Translations under genes and position numbers: made by a program | Assembly (NCBI GenBank): GCA_016206285.1 | Contig: JACQRW010000007.1 | Location: forward strand, 16,455 to 80,454 | From: Candidatus Sungiibacteriota bacterium | GTDB lineage: Bacteria; Patescibacteriota; Minisyncoccia; Sungbacterales; HO2-52-23 | DNA length: 64,000 nucleotides | Direction: 5' to 3' | The notes under the pieces: model-generated | The model's database searches: none | The model's input: only the letters and a program-made list of their open reading frames with translations | What the model was told of the DNA's origin: nothing | Shown here: piece by piece, positions 1-9,014 of the stretch | Numbering within the stretch: the stretch's first letter is position 1 | How the letters are laid out: every line of letters begins with the position of its first letter

Positions 1-1103
1 CCAGAGAGGATTTTTGGGCGCTCAGGGATATCAACTTCACCGTTGAACAGGGCGAGGTCATAGGTATCATCGGCAAGAACGGCGCCGGCAAGTCAACGAT
101 GCTTAAAATTCTGACCGGCATCACGCCTCCCACCACAGGCGAGGCGCGCATGCACGGCCATGTTTCTTCTCTTCTGGAAGTCGGCACCGGCTTTCATCCG
201 GAACTTACGGGCCGCGAAAATATTTTTCTCAACGGCGCGATTCTCGGCATGTCCCGCCGCGATATCGTAAAAAACTTTGATGCCATTGTCGCATTTGCCG
301 GCATTGACCAGTTTCTCGACACCCCGGTGAAATATTATTCAAGCGGCATGCATGTGCGGCTTGCATTTTCCGTAGCAGCGCATTTGAAACCCGACATCCT
401 GCTGGTTGATGAAGTGCTCGCAGTCGGCGATGCCGAATTCCAGAAAAAATGCCTGGGCAAGATGGAGGAAGTGACCAAACAAGACGGCAGAACCATTCTT
501 TTCGTGAGCCACAATATGTCTGCAATTCTTAATCTCTGCACGAAAACGATCCTCCTGGATAAGGGAAAAATCGTTGAGATCGGAGAAACGCCAAAAGTAA
601 TCGATCGCTACCTCGGCAATGCGCACATGAATGCGGCAATTGATTTTCCCCAAGACCCCTCAAAGGATATACAAATCTCCCGCATCTCAATACTGAACGA
701 AACAGGAGAACCAAGCGCGCGCATTCCCATCAGCGAGAAAAGTACGATTGAGGTTGAATTCGAGGCACGCACCTCAGTGGAAGGCGCGCTGCTCTCGCTC
801 CTCATATACGCAAACGGCGAAATGCTCCTCTGGTCATCCGAATCGGACAAAAATGCTTCGTTAACCGACTACGCCCCTGGAAAATATAAAACAACAATTG
901 CGCTGCCGGCATTTCTTCTCAACGTCGGAACTTATTTTTTTGACATACGCCTGCACAAGCCATGGGTCGTGCTGCTCGATGAAAGAGCAAACCTTCCCCT
1001 GGAAATTCTTGATGTCAACAATCCCAAATCCCAGATTATGCGGGGGCATCACCCGGGCAGACTTGCAGCAGTCCTGGATTATGCCACAACAAGAACATCA
1101 TGA
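1..1103 (+). CDS. wzt: ABC transporter ATP-binding protein, Wzt/TagH-like polysaccharide exporter, 5'-truncated at window edge; carries a ~130-aa C-terminal extension typical of Wzt glycan-terminus-binding domains
   Basis: Frame of ORF 99..1103 stays open back to position 3. Upstream in-frame codons encode GKNGAGKST (Walker A). LLVDEVLAVGD (Walker B) and SHN (H-loop) are present. The nucleotide-binding domain is followed by an extra C-terminal domain (ISRISILNETGEP...). Confidence 0.85.
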   Translation, partial: REDFWALRDINFTVEQGEVIGIIGKNGAGKSTMLKILTGITPPTTGEARMHGHVSSLLEVGTGFHPELTGRENIFLNGAILGMSRRDIVKNFDAIVAFAGIDQFLDTPVKYYSSGMHVRLAFSVAAHLKPDILLVDEVLAVGDAEFQKKCLGKMEEVTKQDGRTILFVSHNMSAILNLCTKTILLDKGKIVEIGETPKVIDRYLGNAHMNAAIDFPQDPSKDIQISRISILNETGEPSARIPISEKSTIEVEFEARTSVEGALLSLLIYANGEMLLWSSESDKNASLTDYAPGKYKTTIALPAFLLNVGTYFFDIRLHKPWVVLLDERANLPLEILDVNNPKSQIMRGHHPGRLAAVLDYATTRTS

Positions 1104-1828
1104 TGAACTTACGCGCATACCGAAAAAAAATTGCTGCACGCCTTCCTGAACCGCTTCTTGAAGCGTATGTCGGCATAAAGAAAAAACTGCGCCGCATACC
1201 GCCTCATGAGCGCGTGAAATTCAACCCTCGGTCTATCTTTAAAGGCCATTTGCGCGTTACCTACCGGGGAATACCCGCAATCCGCTGTCCATTCGACTAT
1301 GTGCTGTACCAAATGCTCATCTTCGACGTAAAACCCGATCTTATTATAGATATCGGAACCAATATGGGCGGAGGCACGTTATATATGGCAGACCTCCTGA
1401 ATGCCATCGGACACGGCACGATCCATACCATTGATCTTATTGCGCAAGCGGATCCGATTATCAAAAGCCACCCCCGCATTCAGACATTCATCGGCGGGTG
1501 GCAAAATTACGACCTCGCACAAGCCAACGGCTTTAAAAAAATATTGGTGATCGAGGACGGAAGCCATATGTATGAGGACTCGATCGGAGCCTTGCGGAAA
1601 TTCTCGCCATTGGTAAGCATAGGCTCGTATTACATTGTCGAAGACAGCATCGTGTCTGAACTTGCGGATAAAAAAACAGTCATGAGAAACTACCACGGCG
1701 GTCCGCTTCGCGCCATCCGGGAATTCCTTGCATCAACCGACGCATTTGAAATCGATAAGACATACTGCAATATGTTCGGCCTCAACGCAACATTTAATAT
1801 CAACGGATATCTCAAAAAGCTAAAATAG
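1100..1828 (+). CDS. CmcI/cephalosporin-hydroxylase-family class I SAM-dependent O-methyltransferase (rhamnosyl/glycan O-methyltransferase-like)
   Basis: DLIIDIGTNMGGGTLYMA SAM-binding motif and overall CmcI-like layout. ATGA overlap with wzt stop indicates translational coupling. Confidence 0.6.
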   Translation: MMNLRAYRKKIAARLPEPLLEAYVGIKKKLRRIPPHERVKFNPRSIFKGHLRVTYRGIPAIRCPFDYVLYQMLIFDVKPDLIIDIGTNMGGGTLYMADLLNAIGHGTIHTIDLIAQADPIIKSHPRIQTFIGGWQNYDLAQANGFKKILVIEDGSHMYEDSIGALRKFSPLVSIGSYYIVEDSIVSELADKKTVMRNYHGGPLRAIREFLASTDAFEIDKTYCNMFGLNATFNINGYLKKLK

Positions 1829-1832
1829 CCGC

Positions 1833-2831
1833 ATGAAAATCCTTCTTACCGGCGGCGCCGGATTTATCGGCCACCATTTTGTCGAGCATGTGCTCAAGAA
1901 TACCGATTGGGATATTTTTATTCTTGACCGCCTGAACTATGCATCCAACGGCCTTGAGCGGTTGCGGGATATACGCGTGTTCGATGAAAAGCGGGTATTC
2001 GTATTTACCGCCGACTTTACCAAACCGATCGAGGAGGGTTTGCAGCAAGAAATCGGGCAGGTTGATTACCTTATCCATATGGGTGCAGAAACCCATGTGG
2101 ATAATTCGATTTCAGACCCCCGGAAATTCGTGTACGCAAACGTGGTCGGTACGCTTGAAGTTCTCGAGTTTGCCCGCCGCCAGAAAAATTTGAAAAAATT
2201 CATCTATTTTTCAACCGACGAAGTATTCGGACCCGCCCCTGAAGGCGTTGCATACAAAGAGTGGGACAGATACAATTCGGGCAATCCGTATGCCGCCACT
2301 AAAGCCGGCGGCGAAGAGCTGTGCCTCTCGTATGCAAACACCTATAACCTTCCCGTCATCATAACGCACACCATGAACGTGTTCGGCGAACGGCAGCACC
2401 CGGAAAAATTCATTCCCAAAGTCGTCAACCAAGTTCTCGCCGGAAAGACGGTCACTATTCATGCCAACAAAGAAAAAACCAAAGCAGGATCGAGGTTTTG
2501 GATTCACGCGCGCAATGTGGCCGGTGCGCTCCTGTTTTTACTCAGTCACGAAACAAAAAATGGCGACAAATACAATATAGTCGGCGAAAAAGAGGTTGAC
2601 AATCTTGCATTGGCCCAACTGATAGCCGCTGTCTTGAACAAAGAACTGAAATATGAAATGACGGATTTTCACTCATCCCGCCCCGGACATGACCTGCGCT
2701 ATGCTCTTGACGGAAAAAAGATGCGCGATATGGGCTGGACAATACCGCGGTCATTCGAATCGTCTCTTGAAAGCACAATCAGGTGGATGATCCATCCGGA
2801 CAATGCGCGGTGGCTCCGCATGGAAATATAA
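1833..2831 (+). CDS. NAD-dependent NDP-sugar 4,6-dehydratase/epimerase (RfbB-like extended SDR)
   Basis: N-terminal GGAGFIGHHF Rossmann motif, STDEVFG, catalytic YAATK (YxxxK); about 330 aa. Confidence 0.75.
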   Translation: MKILLTGGAGFIGHHFVEHVLKNTDWDIFILDRLNYASNGLERLRDIRVFDEKRVFVFTADFTKPIEEGLQQEIGQVDYLIHMGAETHVDNSISDPRKFVYANVVGTLEVLEFARRQKNLKKFIYFSTDEVFGPAPEGVAYKEWDRYNSGNPYAATKAGGEELCLSYANTYNLPVIITHTMNVFGERQHPEKFIPKVVNQVLAGKTVTIHANKEKTKAGSRFWIHARNVAGALLFLLSHETKNGDKYNIVGEKEVDNLALAQLIAAVLNKELKYEMTDFHSSRPGHDLRYALDGKKMRDMGWTIPRSFESSLESTIRWMIHPDNARWLRMEI

Positions 2832-2832
2832 T

Positions 2833-3753
2833 ATGGCAAAAGTATTTATCGGCATGCCCGCATACAATGGCGAGCGCTTTATCAGGGAGGCGATCGAATC
2901 CATCATCAACCAGAGCTATGCGGACTGGATCTTGTTTATTTCAGACGATGCCTCGACAGACAACACGCCTACCATCTGCAAGGAGTACGCGAAAAAAGAC
3001 AGCCGCATTGTCTATTATCGCCAGGAGAAAAATCTCGGCATATTTCCGAGTTTCAAATTCCTTCTTGACCGCGCCGAGAGTGAATATTTCATGTGGGCGG
3101 CCCATGACGATATCAGGGAAAAAGATTATTTGAAAGTATGCGTAGAGCACATGGAACAAAACACAAAACTTGGTCTTGCGACCACGCGCATGGCGGCGAT
3201 TGATTCGTTCGGCAGAACTCTGGTAGAGGAATTAGCGCTCACCCGCTTGTCCGGCAAACCGGGTTATCTCAATGTTGCACGGTATGTGCTTCAACCCGAG
3301 ATTCTCGGCAAATGCAACTTGATGTACGGCCTTTTCCGGCTTGATGCCGCCCGCGCCACATGGCAGGCCTATCCCCAAAGGCATGTCTGGGGCCAGGATT
3401 ACATGTTCTCGCTCGCATTGATAAGCCGCTATGAAATTTACGTTGACCCGCAAATTCTATTTAAAAAACGCCTGGGCGGAATTTCAAGCCCCCGGGCGCT
3501 TCTTGATGACAAAAAGGACAGCGTGCAGAAACTTGAATTCAAACAGCCAAAAAACCACATGTTTCCATTCGGAAGATTTAAGGGTTATTTTATGGGACAT
3601 ATGGAGGCATTGGCCGGAACCCCCTATCGCCCGCTCGCGGCAGTACTTTTGTTTATACGGCTGCCGCGAGCTTTTATTATCCATGTAAAGGAACGAAGCT
3701 TCAAAAAAGCCTTTAAACGCATCTTCGCTAAAATACTACTACTATGGCAATAA
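2833..3753 (+). CDS. Glycosyltransferase family 2
   Basis: MAKVFIGMPAYNGERFIREAIESIINQSY...FISDDASTDNT GT-A/GT2 N-terminal signature. ATG at 2833 lies 2 nt after the upstream stop; the ORF-track start at 2803 is likely an upstream alternative start. Confidence 0.8.
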   Translation: MAKVFIGMPAYNGERFIREAIESIINQSYADWILFISDDASTDNTPTICKEYAKKDSRIVYYRQEKNLGIFPSFKFLLDRAESEYFMWAAHDDIREKDYLKVCVEHMEQNTKLGLATTRMAAIDSFGRTLVEELALTRLSGKPGYLNVARYVLQPEILGKCNLMYGLFRLDAARATWQAYPQRHVWGQDYMFSLALISRYEIYVDPQILFKKRLGGISSPRALLDDKKDSVQKLEFKQPKNHMFPFGRFKGYFMGHMEALAGTPYRPLAAVLLFIRLPRAFIIHVKERSFKKAFKRIFAKILLLWQ

Positions 3754-4637
3754 TCGTAAAAACAGTCGGCGGATTGGGCAATCAGCTCTTCCAATATGCC
3801 CTTGGTAAGGCGGTTTCTTCGCGGCTCAATACGGAACTGCTGCTTGATATCGACACAAGTGTGATCTGGCAAGGAGTGCGGGTCCATGAATTTTCACTTG
3901 GCAATTTCAATATACCCGTACGAAAAGCGCGCGGGACAGATATGTTCGGTTTCGTAGCCTTGCGCAGGCACAAAAAATTTTTTAATTTTCTGTACCGCCA
4001 TCTGAGATTGAAAAGAAAACTCCTCCCCTTCTACTATCCGGAGCGGACATTTGCGTATGACCCGGATGTATTTTTGCAAAAAAATAATACATACTTTGAC
4101 GGTTTCTGGCAGACGGAAAAATATTTCCATGGCATCGAGAGCGAATTGCGAAAACAAATCACGCTCGCCAAACCGTTTTCGGAATACAGTCAAACAATAA
4201 GCAACGAGATCAAAAAAACCAACGCAGTGTCGCTGCACGTGCGGCGCACCGATTATGTAACGGATCCCAAGTCAAGCGTTTTTCACGGCATATGTTCTAT
4301 GCAGTATTATCAAAAGGCCATCGAATATATCGCGCAGCGGGTCGACTCGCCTCATTTCTTCATTTTTTCAGACGACTACGAGTGGTCGGTCGAGAATTTC
4401 AAATTTTTACAGTTTCCCTATACCTGCATCAGCAACGGCGCCGATAAAAACTATGAGGATATGACGCTGATGTCCCAATGCCAATACCATATCATTGCCA
4501 ACAGCAGTTTCAGCTGGTGGGGCGCGTGGCTGGATCCGCGCAAAGATAAGATAGTCATCGCCCCGAAACAATGGTTTGCCAACGCCCCAAAAAACGATAC
4601 CAAAGACCTACTCCCAGATACATGGATAAAATTATAA
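3744..4637 (+). CDS. Alpha-1,2-fucosyltransferase-like glycosyltransferase family 11
   Basis: GGLGNQLFQYA (GT11 motif I), HVRRTDY and a C-terminal ANSSFSWWGAWL motif, as in FutC/WbsJ-type enzymes. Confidence 0.8.
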   Translation: MAIIVKTVGGLGNQLFQYALGKAVSSRLNTELLLDIDTSVIWQGVRVHEFSLGNFNIPVRKARGTDMFGFVALRRHKKFFNFLYRHLRLKRKLLPFYYPERTFAYDPDVFLQKNNTYFDGFWQTEKYFHGIESELRKQITLAKPFSEYSQTISNEIKKTNAVSLHVRRTDYVTDPKSSVFHGICSMQYYQKAIEYIAQRVDSPHFFIFSDDYEWSVENFKFLQFPYTCISNGADKNYEDMTLMSQCQYHIIANSSFSWWGAWLDPRKDKIVIAPKQWFANAPKNDTKDLLPDTWIKL

Positions 4638-4676
4638 ATGCCCGCATAACCGAAGCTATGCAGGCATACGTGATAC

Positions 4677-5069
4677 TTAAAAATGAAGAGGCGCTGTTAT
4701 GCGTTGAAAAACAAACCATGCATCCGTGCTGAATGCACCGTCAAAATCAGGTAAAATGACTGTGCGCTCCGAAAGTTTCCAAGAGACCCCATAAGCCTTT
4801 CGTGCCTCGGGATCAAGACTAACTATAGCCATGAAATCCATGCCAAGATCACGATAAAGTTCAGGGGCGCACTCGCCTATTTCAAAACAGGCGACAGGCC
4901 CAATGGGACGAAGCTGGTGTTCCCGGCTCCATGCGAGCACAGACGCACTGCCGCTATAACGGTCAGGAAAATTCAGAAAAATAAATTCCCGCGGCATCCC
5001 GTTCATTGGTATTGTCAAAATGCGAATTCTTCCTTCAGCCGGTGCAATGATTGGATTTTGTATGTTCAT
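4677..5069 (-). CDS. Hypothetical protein (130 aa)
   Basis: Open frame directly downstream of, and coupled to, the 5072..5872 gene on the minus strand; no recognisable motif. Confidence 0.4.
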   Translation of the reverse strand: MNIQNPIIAPAEGRIRILTIPMNGMPREFIFLNFPDRYSGSASVLAWSREHQLRPIGPVACFEIGECAPELYRDLGMDFMAIVSLDPEARKAYGVSWKLSERTVILPDFDGAFSTDAWFVFQRITAPLHF

Positions 5070-5071
5070 GA

Positions 5072-5872
5072 CTATCTCCTTTCCGAATTGAGCGCGCCAA
5101 GTTTCCGAAACGCATCACAAAGGGCATCACGCTGCCAGATACGCTTCTGCATCATCTCCTCACTCAACGTGCTTTCCTCTTCGACGCGCTGCATCGGGGG
5201 ATACTGGAAATCCAGTTCCGGCGAAGCAATAACGCGCAGCCCGTCTCGATGTGCCAGGATGGGCGCATAGCCCTGAATATAGGTGTCCTCGACTCCGTAG
5301 TCAGCAGGATTCATGAGAACAAGATACTTCCCGACTGCCTGTATCGAAAATGCAACAGGACCGACCATGACATCGGGCACATTAAGACCCGTGGCCTCCA
5401 TATACACTTTGTTAGCATATGCTTCTGTTTCTTGTTGAAACACCGGATAAGTCTCGCGAGAAGCGGCGCTACGTGTTGCGATAACTACATCTGCTTCGCC
5501 TGAAATAATCGGGGCAGTGATGACTTTAATAAAACGAAGCATGCCGTGCTTTTCCGGCTCCAGCCACTGCACAACCCTACAGTCAGAGTGAGTCTTGCAG
5601 TATTCGAGCGCATAAAAATATGCTTCCCGACGACTCGGACCAATGCCTTTGGTCTGCTGCCGATACACTATCGCTCCATAAGCAGTAAGCTCTTCAGCGA
5701 TCATGGAAACAGGAGAACCGTCCACAATAATTAGCGGATAGCCATGAAGTTGCGCACGCATAGTCATCTCTAAAGCAAGACTGAATCGTGTCTCGTCAAG
5801 GGAACGATAAAAAGTCGTTGTTACCAGAACCACCTGATTTTGAGTTTTCAAGGTACACCTCCTTTTTTTCAA
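5072..5872 (-). CDS. Hypothetical protein (266 aa); possibly a nucleotide-binding alpha/beta-fold enzyme
   Basis: Long ORF with typical codon usage and an ATG start (MKKRR). No confident family assignment from sequence alone. Confidence 0.5.
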   Translation of the reverse strand: MKKRRCTLKTQNQVVLVTTTFYRSLDETRFSLALEMTMRAQLHGYPLIIVDGSPVSMIAEELTAYGAIVYRQQTKGIGPSRREAYFYALEYCKTHSDCRVVQWLEPEKHGMLRFIKVITAPIISGEADVVIATRSAASRETYPVFQQETEAYANKVYMEATGLNVPDVMVGPVAFSIQAVGKYLVLMNPADYGVEDTYIQGYAPILAHRDGLRVIASPELDFQYPPMQRVEEESTLSEEMMQKRIWQRDALCDAFRKLGALNSERR

Positions 5873-5880
5873 AAAGTTCT

Positions 5881-5888
5881 TGTATAAT
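5881..5888 (+). promoter_or_regulatory. Candidate extended -10 element (TGTATAAT) upstream of the asnB-like gene
   Basis: tgtataat lies about 125 nt upstream of the ATG at 6012, in a divergent intergenic region. Confidence 0.3.
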
Positions 5889-6011
5889 CAGTAGCACGCA
5901 AAGAGCAGATGGTCAAGTTACGTGCGGGGCAAGAAAGTATATACTTTACATAATGACAATTCATCATTGCGCAACCAAAGGCATGTCAGAAGCGTTTTAA
6001 AAAGAAATCAT

Positions 6012-7790
6012 ATGTGCGGCATTATTGCTTTAACCGGAAACAAGATACGCGAGATATCGCCTTCGCACATTGATGCGATGCTGGACTTGCTTTCCCACCG
6101 CGGGCCCGATGACCGCGGGCTTTTACCATTTTCCTCGTGCATACTGGGACAGACGCGGCTTTCGATCATTGATCTGTCCGGCGGGCATCAGCCCATGAAA
6201 GATAATCAAAAAAATATTGCGGTTACATTCAATGGGGAAATTTACAACTACCGCGAACTCAAAACCGACCTTGAACAAAAGGGGCATGTTTTCTCAACCA
6301 AGTCAGACACTGAAGTGATCCTGAAAGCATATATTCAATACGGCATTGACTGTCCAAAATATCTTGAAGGCATGTTTGCATTTGCACTCTGGGACGAAGA
6401 AAAAAAGATGCTTTTCGGCGCACGGGATCGTTTTGGTGAAAAACCCTTGTACTATGCAAAAACAAAATCAGGAGACTTTATATTCGCATCCGAGATAAAA
6501 GCGCTGCTCGCCTCGGGCACCATTGAGCCGGTTATCAATAAAGAAGCCCTAGACATCTATTTGAGCCTGGCATATGTACCGCCGCACATGACCGTCTATG
6601 AAAATATTTCCGTAGTGCCGCCGGCTTCATGTTTCGTGCTTAAAAACAGCGAGATCAAGATAGAAACATACTGGGAACTCACAAAAAAAGAGGTGTCCGT
6701 TACCTACGCGGACGCCAAAGAGGAAGTAAGAAGGATGCTCGAACAGTCAGTCAAAAAAATGATGGTCGCGGATGTGGAAGTGGGCGCGCTGCTGTCCGGC
6801 GGGGTGGACTCCACATTGGTCACCTGCTTTAGCCAGCAAACATCAAGTTTTCCGATTAAAACTTTTTCAGTCGGGTACGAACACTATATAAATGAACTGC
6901 CGTTTGCCGAACAGGTGTCGAAGAAATTCCACACCGACCACCATACGCTCCAGGCAACCGGAGAGATGGCGGAAAGTTTGCGTATGGTTTGCGGGTCGCT
7001 GGACGAACCTCACGGGGATCCCTCCAATTTTCCCCAATATCTCGTTTCTCAATTCGCCGCCTCAAAAGTAAAAGTGGCTCTTACCGGCGACGGCGCAGAC
7101 GAATTATTCATGGGATACGGCTGGTACTGGAAACACCTCAATCTCTCATGGAAAGCTGATTTTTGGGAAAAGGCATTTCCGCGGCCGTTCAAAAACTTTA
7201 TCCGAAGTATCGAAATCTTCACCGCAACCCAAAAGCGCGGACTGCTCGCCCACTCCCCCCTTCGCGCCGCTGACTTTATTCCGGAACATATTCTGCATGC
7301 GGCCGGAGACGATATCGAAAAAATAAATCTTTTCGATCTCTCTTTTTATCTGCCCGGCAAGCTTTTGTCAAAAGTAGACCGCACCGCCATGATGAGTTCG
7401 CTGGAAACCAGATGTCCGTTTCTTGACCGCGAACTTGCCGAGTTTGTCTATAACCTGCCGCGAAATTTCAAGACGGACAAAAACAGCGGAAAGATCATCC
7501 TAAAAGACATCTTGTCCGATATCATGCCGCGCGATTTCGTATACCGCAAAAAACAGGGATTCGGAGCGCCGGTCAAAGTCTGGCTTGAAATCGAGACCAT
7601 GAGAAAGCTCGTTGCCGAAACCTTTGACAACAATGCGCCATTCTATGAATACATAGATAAAGAAGAGGTGCAGAAACTGCTTAAAAATTTTTACAGCAAA
7701 ACAGACGAGACGGTATATTATAAGATATGGACACTGCTTTGTCTCGGCCTTTGGTTTCAAACTCATCCTTCGACTAGCTCAGGATTGTAA
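6012..7790 (+). CDS. asnB: Asparagine synthase (glutamine-hydrolysing) family amidotransferase (AsnB/WbpS-like)
   Basis: N-terminal MCGI (class II glutamine amidotransferase Cys nucleophile), SGGVDS PP-loop and the whole AsnB architecture. Start taken at the internal ATG encoding MCGIIAL. Confidence 0.85.
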   Translation: MCGIIALTGNKIREISPSHIDAMLDLLSHRGPDDRGLLPFSSCILGQTRLSIIDLSGGHQPMKDNQKNIAVTFNGEIYNYRELKTDLEQKGHVFSTKSDTEVILKAYIQYGIDCPKYLEGMFAFALWDEEKKMLFGARDRFGEKPLYYAKTKSGDFIFASEIKALLASGTIEPVINKEALDIYLSLAYVPPHMTVYENISVVPPASCFVLKNSEIKIETYWELTKKEVSVTYADAKEEVRRMLEQSVKKMMVADVEVGALLSGGVDSTLVTCFSQQTSSFPIKTFSVGYEHYINELPFAEQVSKKFHTDHHTLQATGEMAESLRMVCGSLDEPHGDPSNFPQYLVSQFAASKVKVALTGDGADELFMGYGWYWKHLNLSWKADFWEKAFPRPFKNFIRSIEIFTATQKRGLLAHSPLRAADFIPEHILHAAGDDIEKINLFDLSFYLPGKLLSKVDRTAMMSSLETRCPFLDRELAEFVYNLPRNFKTDKNSGKIILKDILSDIMPRDFVYRKKQGFGAPVKVWLEIETMRKLVAETFDNNAPFYEYIDKEEVQKLLKNFYSKTDETVYYKIWTLLCLGLWFQTHPSTSSGL

Positions 7791-7793
7791 ATC

Positions 7794-8969
7794 ATGTATA
7801 ATCCATCTGAAATCTTTTGGGCATATCGGAACAAAATCACCAACAAACTGTGGGGCATGGTGCATATGCCCGCCCGCAGCACCATTCGACACGCTCATGG
7901 CAGGCAGAAAGGAATTATTCTCATCTCCTATATCACCGAGCCGTTCACGCTGGCGCCGTGGGAAAAGTTTTCCAATTTTCACACCATGTATTGGGAATGC
8001 CGCGAGATCGCGCGCCTGTTCGCGGAAAAAGGATATGCGTCTGACATTGTGAGCGCGGAAAATCTCTCCTTTGTCCCGACCAAACCCTATGCATTTTGCA
8101 TTGATGTGGAAGACGGCCTGCTGCGCCTTTCAAAACATCTTCCCGCCAACTGCAAAAAAATATTCCGTATTCTCAATCCCCATTGGAAAGCGTACAACGA
8201 TGCAGAACAGTTGCGGCTTGACTGGCTTGAAAAACGGCGGGGAGTACGCTTGCTGCCGCACCGCACAAGGCGACCTTCGCAAAATGCCGAGCTTGCGGAC
8301 TTTCTTGAAGGCTTTGGAAACAAAGCCGTATTCGGCACGTTTCGCCAATTCAACAAACCGATATTTTTCGTGCCGATTTCCGCAGTCATCCATTTTGACT
8401 TTCCGGAGAAGAAAGATTTTGCCGCCGCAGCCGAACACTTTATGTGGATAGGCGGAGGAGGGGCAGTACTGAAAGGCCTTGATCTTTGTTTGGAAGCATT
8501 TGCGAAAACGCCCGATCTGCATCTGCACGTATGCGGGCCGATCTACGGTGAGAAAGATTTTACTGACGAGTATAAAAAAGAACTGGAGCAGACCCCGAAT
8601 ATCCATGTGTACGGCAGAATAGACGTAGGCGGCGAACAATTTGCCAAACTTATCGAAACCTGCGGTGCCGTAATCTATCCATCCGGCGGAGAAGGCACCT
8701 CCGGCGCGATTGTGCAGGCCATGCATGCGGGCTTGGTGCCGATCATCACGCACATTACCGGCATACAGGAAGACGCCGGATACATTCAACTGGATGATAA
8801 CCCGACACCAGAGTCCATGGTGCAGGCCGCGCGCGATTTTTCCAACATGCCGCCTGACGAGATCCGTGATCTCTCCAAAAAAATCTGGGGGTACGCGCGC
8901 AAAACGTATACCCGCGAAGAATTCAGCAAGGCGTACAGGCGTTTCATCGAAGACGTGCTAAAATTATAA
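7794..8969 (+). CDS. Glycosyltransferase, GT-B fold (GT4-like C-terminal domain)
   Basis: C-terminal YPSGGEGTSGAIVQAMHAGLVPII motif, the E-x7-E-like region of retaining GT4 enzymes. Confidence 0.7.
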   Translation: MYNPSEIFWAYRNKITNKLWGMVHMPARSTIRHAHGRQKGIILISYITEPFTLAPWEKFSNFHTMYWECREIARLFAEKGYASDIVSAENLSFVPTKPYAFCIDVEDGLLRLSKHLPANCKKIFRILNPHWKAYNDAEQLRLDWLEKRRGVRLLPHRTRRPSQNAELADFLEGFGNKAVFGTFRQFNKPIFFVPISAVIHFDFPEKKDFAAAAEHFMWIGGGGAVLKGLDLCLEAFAKTPDLHLHVCGPIYGEKDFTDEYKKELEQTPNIHVYGRIDVGGEQFAKLIETCGAVIYPSGGEGTSGAIVQAMHAGLVPIITHITGIQEDAGYIQLDDNPTPESMVQAARDFSNMPPDEIRDLSKKIWGYARKTYTREEFSKAYRRFIEDVLKL

Positions 8970-9005
8970 GTATACAAATTCTCACGATCGTGAGAATTTG
9001 TATAC
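8970..9005. promoter_or_regulatory. 36-bp perfect palindrome GTATACAAATTCTCACGATCGTGAGAATTTGTATAC between two glycosyltransferase genes
   Basis: Begins 1 nt after the stop of the upstream gene and ends 9 nt before the next ATG. A second copy of the same architecture occurs at 29596..29631. Confidence 0.55.
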
Positions 9006-9014
9006 TAACGATAC

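Noticed and set aside
2803-2832. Upstream extension of the GT2 ORF (track start 2803) overlapping the dehydratase gene
   Set aside because: Starts at a non-ATG codon and overlaps the preceding gene by 29 nt. The ATG at 2833 gives the canonical MAKVFIGMPAYN GT2 N-terminus.
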